A stretch of 9,204 nt of DNA from Promethearchaeia archaeon (GTDB lineage Archaea; Asgardarchaeota; Lokiarchaeia; Sigyniarchaeales; SOKP01): assembly GCA_046497275.1 (NCBI GenBank), contig JAWOFX010000005.1, positions 1-9,204 of the forward strand, given 5' to 3'. Below are positions 1 to 6,209 of the stretch, piece after piece. The translations under genes and the position numbers were made by a program. Below the pieces are notes generated by a model. That model did not search any database, was not told the DNA's origin, and saw only the letters and a program-made list of their open reading frames with translations. How positions within the stretch are numbered: position 1 is the first letter of the stretch; the number at the start of each line of letters is the position of its first letter.

Positions 1-61
1 CTGAAGGAACGCCATCAATCTCCTCTCTAGCTTCTTGCTTAATTGTATTTTCATTTTTCAC
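1..61 (-). CDS. Possible 5' end of a gene running off the left edge (product unknown)
   Basis: GTG at 61-59 opens a frame to the edge (MKNENTIKQEAREEIDGVPS...), with purine-rich AAGAGGGA about 6 nt upstream and a long AT-rich intergenic region beyond. A second frame from ATG 54-52 (MKIQLSKKLERRLMAFLQ) is also open, so the frame is ambiguous. Confidence 0.35.
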   Translation of the reverse strand, partial: MKNENTIKQEAREEIDGVPS

Positions 62-413
62 GATTTTTCCCTCTTCAAAAATTTGTTAAATATTTTTGAG
101 TAAAATTTGATTTAATTTAAAGTAAATTTTGGTAATCAAATATATTTACTCATCTATTCTTAAAAATATTTTGTTAAAGAAGTAAAAAGCATCTCTCTAC
201 AGTCAACTTAAAAAGATAAAATAGATTTAAACGTCCCTAATTTAAATAAATAAAATTTTGAATCCAAAATTAAAGTATAGAGAATTTTTTTTTATGCAAA
301 CTTATTTTAAATTATTAGAAATTGATAAAACTGAAAACAGATAGTATTAAATACTTTAAAGGTAAGTCTTTAATAAGATTTAATTTCTAATTAACCATTT
401 GGTCGGAAAATTT
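62..413. promoter_or_regulatory. AT-rich intergenic region, probably carrying divergent promoters
   Basis: No ORF of note and many TATA-like words (e.g. TTTAAATA at 241-248). No individual TATA box can be assigned with confidence at this AT content. Confidence 0.35.
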
Positions 414-1259
414 ATGAGGCGTAAAAAAACCCACTTATTAGGAATACTATTGATATTTGGTTTATGTATGTGTACCACAATAATGAATGTTCGAGCAACT
501 ACTTATGATTGTCCAGATATTTCTGTTGGATATACTAAGATCTATAAGGTTACAGTTGTAGATGAGAGTAAACTTGAAACTAGTTTGGAAAATTGGTCAG
601 ATTACATTCAAATAGCTTATGGTGAAAACGCTCATCAATTGAATGCAAGGCAAAAATCTGTAATTATGGGGACAGAATCGGGAGAATTAATAATATCAAT
701 GGAGCCAAATTGGCCAATTTGTAATATTTCTGTAGATGTCTGGAATTGGACAACAGGAGACCCGCCAGAAGTGTCGGGAAATCCAATTTCTGAACATTAT
801 ATTTTAAGAGATCCCATGAATTTGACTTCATATGCACAACAAGGTCTTAATGATGTGACATTTTATAGTTCAGGATACAACATAAATGGAAATAAAGGAT
901 ATTTCCTCAATCAGTTACCATCCAATCCAAAAGATTATCTCGAAGATGAAGAGTTAATATGGGAAGAGAAATGGACTACATCATCTAGAAAAATAATCCA
1001 TAATGCTGTGAGTGGTGATTATGCATTTGCTCAACTAAATTACTTAGATAATTGCACAGAAATATGGTCTTATAACGAAAATGGGATATTGATTAGTTAT
1101 GAAATAGAAGATAAAAATGGTCAAACCGCCTATAGATATGAAATTGAAATAGATACTGGAGATATCCCTGGTTATGAAATCCCAATATTACTCGGGATCA
1201 TGTCCATAACGCTAATAGCTGTAATGGTATTCTTAAAAAAAACTTTAAAAGATTTTTAA
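414..1259 (+). CDS. Secreted, C-terminally anchored protein of unknown function with a Loki-CTERM-like sorting signal
   Basis: N-terminus MRRKK, a hydrophobic stretch and a V-R-A cleavage-like site suggest a Sec signal peptide. The C-terminus is IPGY, about 20 hydrophobic residues, then KK..K (1164-1256), the layout of Loki-CTERM sorting tails. The ORF track starts at TTG 399; ATG 414 is chosen because it begins the basic n-region. The ectodomain is not recognised. Confidence 0.85.
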   Translation: MRRKKTHLLGILLIFGLCMCTTIMNVRATTYDCPDISVGYTKIYKVTVVDESKLETSLENWSDYIQIAYGENAHQLNARQKSVIMGTESGELIISMEPNWPICNISVDVWNWTTGDPPEVSGNPISEHYILRDPMNLTSYAQQGLNDVTFYSSGYNINGNKGYFLNQLPSNPKDYLEDEELIWEEKWTTSSRKIIHNAVSGDYAFAQLNYLDNCTEIWSYNENGILISYEIEDKNGQTAYRYEIEIDTGDIPGYEIPILLGIMSITLIAVMVFLKKTLKDF

Positions 1260-1275
1260 TCCAGCTAAATTCAAA

Positions 1276-1289
1276 TTCTTTTTATTTTT
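1276..1289 (+). terminator. Candidate archaeal oligo(T) terminator
   Basis: TTCTTTTTATTTTT 17 nt after the stop of the secreted-protein gene, in the gap between convergent genes. The local AT richness weakens the call. Confidence 0.35.
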
Positions 1290-1370
1290 AAATTAAAATT
1301 TTAATTAAATTCACTGACTTAAATTTTTTGAGTTTAAAATAAAATATTTTAAAGAATTAAACTGAAGTTA

Positions 1371-2708
1371 TTAAATAAAATCATCTAATGTTCTTTGATT
1401 TCTGATGAAATTAATCAATTTACTATTATGCTGCCACTGCTTTTCATTGACTAATAATCCTTTGCTTAATTTACTAATGGCATCCTCAAAATTGTCTAAG
1501 ATGAATGGTTTAGATTCCTTAAATGCATTTTTAACCGTCTCACGGATTACCCAAACACCTAAAGGCACTACATAACCTGAAGAAACTTCACGAAAGATGA
1601 TGATTCGTGCTTGTCGACGGATCTTATATAAATATTCACATACAGATTTTCGAGCAGCATAATAAGCTCCCGTTATGTTACTTGCGTAATTTTTTCTGCC
1701 TTTGTAAAATTCATAATCTGTCATTATTTGAGGTTTAATATCAAGACTTTTTCCATCCAAAGAGACATTCCATAAAGAATTCGGAGCCCATACTTCATTC
1801 ATTTCGAATGCGAATTTCCCAGGAAAGAGTAAAATCCGAAAATGATTGTCTAAATAAGTTGCCTCAAATATTTTATATTCATTAATCTCTGGAAATCTCT
1901 TTATCTCCTCAATCAATTTTTTTGATATGATATCATCAACCGCTGTAATCGTCCACCGAGTTGGAACTAATTTCCTCTTTTTTTGTTCTCCTAAAAGACC
2001 TGCTGAGAAAACTCTCTGAATAGTTGAGAGGGGAACATCAGTATCCATATAAAGGAATTCTCCCACCGCCTCTTGAGCCTTTAAATCCGTATCGGCTACA
2101 CAATACTCAACTTTCGGATGAACCTTTACATTTTCAGTTATTCTTATCTTATCTGTATATCCAGATGGTCCCATCGGAAGTGAATGATTATCTAACATCA
2201 TTCTTAAACCTAATTGATTAAACCTTGTTTCTGTATCGGTTGGTTGGGCTGCCATTGAAAGAATTTGGGATCGTTCTAACAATCGTTTTTCTTTTAATGG
2301 AGGTGTATTTTTAAGTCTCTTTTCGCCTATTTTAACATTAATATTGAAATTACTCCTTACTAATTTGCTACGGTATAAAATTATTTCCTCCAATTTTTTT
2401 CCGTACCAGAGTTCTGGAGCGTCTAAAATATGATTTTCTGCCTTATTTATGAAGTTTTCTTTAGTAAATTCTGAGAATGGAATAAGTGGTCCTACCGTTA
2501 CTTTAGGATAATTGTATCTTCCTACGAAAAATCCTGGGGGGCTTGCCCCAAAAAGTTCTACATTTTTTAGAGATTTGCCTACATGAAATGGAATGATTGA
2601 TTTCAAAACTGATTTTTTAAGAAGAATTGGACAAGTATTTTTCCCACATAGGAGTTTTCCGCCCTTACACCTTAAACAAATATTAGAATCTGTAGGTGGT
2701 CGAACCAC
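1371..2708 (-). CDS. nreA: Nre family archaeal DNA repair protein (PCNA-interacting)
   Basis: 445 aa with GTG start. N-terminal CxxC-x6-C-x4-C (CLRCKGGKLLCGKNTCP). Nre-like segments SPPGFFVGRYNYPKV, RKLVPTRWTITAVDD, YYAAR and YVVPLGVWVIRETVKNAF. The extreme C-terminus is QRTLDDFI, a PIP-box-like QxxLxxF(F/I). Confidence 0.93.
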   Translation of the reverse strand: MVRPPTDSNICLRCKGGKLLCGKNTCPILLKKSVLKSIIPFHVGKSLKNVELFGASPPGFFVGRYNYPKVTVGPLIPFSEFTKENFINKAENHILDAPELWYGKKLEEIILYRSKLVRSNFNINVKIGEKRLKNTPPLKEKRLLERSQILSMAAQPTDTETRFNQLGLRMMLDNHSLPMGPSGYTDKIRITENVKVHPKVEYCVADTDLKAQEAVGEFLYMDTDVPLSTIQRVFSAGLLGEQKKRKLVPTRWTITAVDDIISKKLIEEIKRFPEINEYKIFEATYLDNHFRILLFPGKFAFEMNEVWAPNSLWNVSLDGKSLDIKPQIMTDYEFYKGRKNYASNITGAYYAARKSVCEYLYKIRRQARIIIFREVSSGYVVPLGVWVIRETVKNAFKESKPFILDNFEDAISKLSKGLLVNEKQWQHNSKLINFIRNQRTLDDFI

Positions 2709-2870
2709 AATATTTCACAAAAATTATGGATGGATTGAATTTAATTTACTTTCTTATTATAAAAAAGCTATAAGTGTTTAAATTTTTAATAATTATATCT
2801 TAAAGGCTTATTAACCCATAATTATCTTAAAAAATTTCAGATATATCTTCTAAAACCTTAGCTTAGACAT

Positions 2871-3989
2871 TTAAGTCTGAGATAATAAATCAATTAATGC
2901 TCGTGGAATCTCTTTATAATCTTCAACAGCGTAAAATTTACCTCGTCCAGCTTTTGCAATCTCTTTACATGTTTCAATACCTCTATCAGCATCATTCTCA
3001 GGCGGCATTCCAATAACATGTAATTTGGGGTATTTTTTGGCGATATTGACGGGATTATCTCCTCTATTATAATTTCCATCGGATATTAGAATTCCGAATT
3101 GATTTCTATGATTTTTTTTAACTTTATTTAATTCTTTTAATCCCTTTTCAAGACCGATATGAATATTTGTAAATCCAACAGCTTCGGAATCAAGGATTTC
3201 ATCAATTAATTTAGTAATTGATTTCTCCTCTTTTATATCCTTAAGAACCATTGCGGTTGAATTGAATAAAATGATAGAGTAATCTTCTTTTTCCATATTA
3301 TAAGCCAAAACTGAAGTTGTAAGTGCGGCATTAAGGAGCAATCTTCCATACATGCTTCCACTTGTATCAAGAACTAAAGCAATCTTTCTTTTTTCTCTCT
3401 GGCGCTTTATCCCATAAATATCGTGATAATTTACGGTTTTCTCCATAATTTTTAATGGATTATGTTGTATTGTCTCATCTAAATCAAATTCAGGCATTCC
3501 AATATGATAATAAGGAATCGTTTTCTTTTTATAACCTCTTATTCCTCGACTAGTTATTTTTAAAGAAGTTTTTAAGATACTTTGTCTCGCCAAACGCCTA
3601 AAAATATTTTTATATTTATCAGAAATAGGTCTTCGAATAAAAAAATAGATCTCAGGCATGATCTCAGGAGATTCATCAGCCTTTTCCGAGAAAAATTCCA
3701 CTCCTTCCCGACAATCTAAAGCATCAGTGGCAGCATATACATTAGATTTCAATAAACCTCTGATAGCTTCAACATTTTTGTGCTCAATTGCCAAATAGGT
3801 GAGATCTCGAATCTCTTTATAATCTAGACTATGTGCTAAGTTTTCATAATAATCTGGTTTCTTTTTCTTTTTTCTGATAATCTCATATTTTAATACTTGT
3901 TTATCTGAAGGAATTTCAGTTCTTCTTACTTGAAGGCGTTTAGCTTTCTCCTCCTCCTCGGTTTCAGCCTCAGAGAAATCATCGATTAT
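2871..3989 (-). CDS. VWA (MIDAS) domain protein, CoxE-like partner of the upstream AAA+ ATPase; 5' end non-canonical
   Basis: Complete MIDAS: LVLDTSGSM (DxSxS at 3354-3368), GFTNI, ILISDG. The ORF track starts it at TTG 3794, but hand translation shows no stop in this frame up to TAA 4004-4002. The extra segment (IIDDFSEAETEEEEKAKRLQVRRTEIPSDKQVLKYEIIRKKKKKPDYYENLAHSLDYKEIRDLTY) looks protein-like. The start is placed tentatively at ATA 3989-3987, overlapping the AAA stop (372 aa). Product confidence is high; start confidence is moderate. Confidence 0.85.
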   Translation of the reverse strand: MIDDFSEAETEEEEKAKRLQVRRTEIPSDKQVLKYEIIRKKKKKPDYYENLAHSLDYKEIRDLTYLAIEHKNVEAIRGLLKSNVYAATDALDCREGVEFFSEKADESPEIMPEIYFFIRRPISDKYKNIFRRLARQSILKTSLKITSRGIRGYKKKTIPYYHIGMPEFDLDETIQHNPLKIMEKTVNYHDIYGIKRQREKRKIALVLDTSGSMYGRLLLNAALTTSVLAYNMEKEDYSIILFNSTAMVLKDIKEEKSITKLIDEILDSEAVGFTNIHIGLEKGLKELNKVKKNHRNQFGILISDGNYNRGDNPVNIAKKYPKLHVIGMPPENDADRGIETCKEIAKAGRGKFYAVEDYKEIPRALIDLLSQT

Positions 3990-4858
3990 TGAAAATCCGA
4001 GTTACTTAACACTTTCAATACGATACTTGAAATAACTTCTTGTTTAGTTTTTGATATACCATCTTCAAGCTCGATTTTATTATATAAAGCCATAATAGCG
4101 GCATCTACCCAAATTTTGGAGCTTTTAGAGTTTTCAGATTGATTGATAATTGCTGCTAAATCAATGCCTCCTCTGATAGAACTGCCTCTTCGAATAGATG
4201 TATTATTTCTTGTTTGATGGATTATTTTTTGAGAGAGATCGGCTAATTCCTCAGCATTACCACTGTTGAGTTCTGCTTCTTTGATAATTATTTTTCTTTC
4301 TTCCTCAGGGTTTTGATAGTCTAATTTTATCCAGATAAATCTATCTTTAATCGCTTCACCAAGGACTGTAACCCCTATATGTGCTGAAGGATTTAAAGTC
4401 GCAATAGTAAAGAAACCCTTTTGAGCATGAACAGTTTTTAGTTTTGGAATTTCTAAAATTTTTTCATCTAAGGCGGTTAATAAGGCATTTTGTGTTATTT
4501 CAGGCATTCTGTTGATTTCATTAATGAATAAACATCCTCCGTGAATCATCGCAGATGTCAATGGACCATATCGGTAAGCATCCTCAACATAGCCTTTTGA
4601 AATAACTAATGGTGGATCCCAATATCCTACTAAATTATGAGTTAATGTATCTTCGCTACAATCAATACGAAAAAAATCCGCATCAAAATAAGAGGAAACC
4701 CCTCTCGCAATCGTAGTCTTTCCAACTCCGACCTCTCCCTCTATTAGGATATTTTTACCAATAGAATGAGCTAGAATAATTTTCTTTAACTCTTCTTCTC
4801 GTCCAATAATTTTATACTTTTGTTGAATCTCTCTTATAGCGTTATCAGTATTATCCAT
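3986..4858 (-). CDS. MoxR/CoxD-like AAA+ ATPase
   Basis: IIGREEEL N-terminal segment, Walker A GEVGVGKT (4715-4738), atypical Walker B CLFINE (4517-4534), sensor I ATLNP, arginine finger AIKDRF and sensor II SIRG. It lies directly upstream of a VWA gene. ATG 4858 (MDNTDN..., GGTG 4 nt upstream) is preferred over the track's TTG 4891. Confidence 0.92.
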   Translation of the reverse strand: MDNTDNAIREIQQKYKIIGREEELKKIILAHSIGKNILIEGEVGVGKTTIARGVSSYFDADFFRIDCSEDTLTHNLVGYWDPPLVISKGYVEDAYRYGPLTSAMIHGGCLFINEINRMPEITQNALLTALDEKILEIPKLKTVHAQKGFFTIATLNPSAHIGVTVLGEAIKDRFIWIKLDYQNPEEERKIIIKEAELNSGNAEELADLSQKIIHQTRNNTSIRRGSSIRGGIDLAAIINQSENSKSSKIWVDAAIMALYNKIELEDGISKTKQEVISSIVLKVLSNSDFQ

Positions 4859-4943
4859 ATGCACCACAATTCTAAAAATGAAACATCTCAAAAAAAATTG
4901 ATTTAACTCCTAGAAAAAAGCTAGTTTTTGTGCAATCTATAAT

Positions 4944-4960
4944 TATTGATTATATCAATA
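4944..4960. promoter_or_regulatory. Operator-like palindrome TATTGAT-N3-ATCAATA beside a TATA-like element
   Basis: Perfect 7-bp inverted repeat, immediately followed by TTAATATA (4961-4968), in the divergent gap between the AAA gene and the MNT gene. Function is inferred. Confidence 0.4.
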
Positions 4961-4983
4961 TTAATATAATTCCAAAATAAATA

Positions 4984-5012
4984 TTAGGAAGAATTATCTA
5001 TTTTATTCCTAA
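4984..5012. repeat. Inverted repeat TTAGGAA-N15-TTCCTAA upstream of the MNT gene
   Basis: Arms at 4984-4990 and 5006-5012 are exact reverse complements and end 26 nt before the MNT start. Confidence 0.45.
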
Positions 5013-5038
5013 GTAATAAGAAGATTGAGAAAAAAACA

Positions 5039-5347
5039 TTGCTAGAGTTAGATAAAGACAAGCTATTAAGTCTTTTAAAGGAAAATAAGGAAAAGTTAAA
5101 AAATTTTCATGTGAGTAAACTTGGGATATTTGGTTCCTTTATCAGAGGAGAAAATACTAAAGATAGTGATATAGATTTTTTAGTAGAGTTTGAAAAAGGT
5201 GAGAAAAATTTTAATAATTTTATTAACTTAGCCTTCTTCTTAGAAAATTTATTAAATAGAAAGATAGACCTTCTAACTATTGAATCTTTAAGCCCTTATA
5301 TGAAATCAGAAATACTTAAGGAGGTATACTTTGAAAAAATCGAATAG
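5039..5347 (+). CDS. mntA: Minimal nucleotidyltransferase (MNT), antitoxin of an MNT-HEPN (MntA/HepT-type) system
   Basis: 102 aa with TTG start. Exact GS-x10-DxD motif ([15 protein letters not shown]) plus typical LEDLL/KIDL-type downstream segments. Overlaps the HEPN gene by 17 nt. Confidence 0.93.
   Translation: MLELDKDKLLSLLKENKEKLKNFHVSKLGIFGSFIRGENTKDSDIDFLVEFEKGEKNFNNFINLAFFLENLLNRKIDLLTIESLSPYMKSEILKEVYFEKIE
5319..5325 (+). promoter_or_regulatory. Shine-Dalgarno AGGAGGT for the HEPN gene
   Basis: AGGAGGT lies 5 nt before TTG 5331, inside the MNT coding sequence. Confidence 0.7.
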
Positions 5348-5693
5348 AAATTTGGAAAAAATATTACATATTAGAGATGAAATTGAATATTTAGCTAAAA
5401 CCTCAGAAAATCTTTTATATAAAGATTTTATTTCAAATGAAACCTTAAAAAGAGCATTTGTAAGAAGTATTGAAATTATAGGAGAAGCAGTAAAATCAAT
5501 ACCAAATGAATTAAAAAAGAAATATAAGAATATTAAATGGAAAAAAATTGCCGGTATGAGGGATAAATTAATACACCAATATTTTGGCGTGGATTATGAT
5601 ATAGTTTGGGATGTTGTGGAGAATTATATTCCAAACTTAAAGAAAGATATTGATAAAATAGTTGTAAACGAGAATCAAAAGGTAAAAGAATAG
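5331..5693 (+). CDS. hepT: HEPN-domain (DUF86/HepT-like) ribonuclease toxin
   Basis: 120 aa. R-x4-H-x-Y motif (RDKLIHQY), plus [20 protein letters not shown] and [11 protein letters not shown] typical of DUF86. Directly downstream of and overlapping the MNT gene. Confidence 0.92.
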   Translation: MKKSNRNLEKILHIRDEIEYLAKTSENLLYKDFISNETLKRAFVRSIEIIGEAVKSIPNELKKKYKNIKWKKIAGMRDKLIHQYFGVDYDIVWDVVENYIPNLKKDIDKIVVNENQKVKE

Positions 5694-5755
5694 ATTTGAA
5701 AATATTTAAAAATTTATAAAATCGTTAATTCTTCATATTTTTTAATGAAATATTA

Positions 5756-5797
5756 TTCTCTAAGGTTAAAATAAATATATAATATTTCCTAAGAGAA
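5756..5797 (+). promoter_or_regulatory. Candidate leaderless promoter: TATA-like core bracketed by a 10-bp imperfect inverted repeat
   Basis: TTCTCTAAGG (5756-5765) and CCTAAGAGAA (5788-5797) match 9/10 as an inverted repeat. The spacer contains AATATATA (5774-5781), about 20-25 nt before ATG 5800. Confidence 0.4.
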
Positions 5798-5799
5798 AT

Positions 5800-6177
5800 A
5801 TGAAACCAAATGATGAAATCCAAATGAGTCCTTGTGGATTATTTTGTAATAAATGTTCGCTATTTTTAGTTCCTTATGACAAAAAGGCAGCTAATGAAGT
5901 TTTAATGTGGTTCAAGAATGAAAATTGGTACGAAAATGATCAAAAAGTCGAGGAACTCATCCAAAACGAAGATTATTGCGAAGGATGTAGAAGTTCAAGG
6001 GAAAGATTACATTGGTCTTCAAACTGCCAAATCTTAAATTGTTGTGTCGATAAAAAAGAATTAGAATTCTGCAATGAATGTAAAGAATTTCCTTGTGAAA
6101 TATATAAGGATTGGGTTAGAGAGAGCGAAATGCATCAAAAAACATTTGAAGCCTTACAGAAAATGAATCAAAAATAG
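5800..6177 (+). CDS. Cys-rich DUF3795-like protein (putative metal or Fe-S binding)
   Basis: 125 aa with 11 Cys in the pattern SPCGLFCNKC...CEGC...C.I..CC...FCNECKEFPC, which matches the DUF3795 pattern as I recall it. Confidence 0.8.
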   Translation: MKPNDEIQMSPCGLFCNKCSLFLVPYDKKAANEVLMWFKNENWYENDQKVEELIQNEDYCEGCRSSRERLHWSSNCQILNCCVDKKELEFCNECKEFPCEIYKDWVRESEMHQKTFEALQKMNQK

Positions 6178-6209
6178 GGTAAATTATAAATTATAATCTT
6201 ATAAATAAA

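Noticed and set aside
1291-1306. Perfect 16-bp palindrome AATTAAAATTTTAATT between convergent genes
   Set aside because: All A/T in a nearly all-A/T gap, so likely chance and too weak for a stable hairpin.
2024-2781. ORF-track entries 2024-2221 (+) and 2593-2781 (+)
   Set aside because: Short antisense shadows of the well-supported nre gene, with no recognisable motifs.
2894-3079. ORF-track entry 2894-3079 (-), 61 aa
   Set aside because: Alternate frame wholly inside the VWA gene, with no motif or initiation signal.
3792-3794. TTG 3794 as the VWA start (ORF-track call)
   Set aside because: It would leave 191 nt of stop-free, protein-like sequence unexplained between two normally coupled genes, and it has no SD. 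It is not excluded, but is disfavoured.
3926-3982. 18-aa ORF MISLRLKPRRRRKLNAFK starting 4 nt after the AAA stop
   Set aside because: It overlaps the longer open VWA frame, and its Arg run is the out-of-frame reading of the GAG (Glu) repeat. Its ATG is considered only as part of the 1-nt-deletion model for the VWA start.
5694-5799. Integron attC sites around the TA and DUF3795-like genes
   Set aside because: The cargo is cassette-like, but there is no RYYYAAC...GTTRRRY pair after either stop and no integrase in the window.
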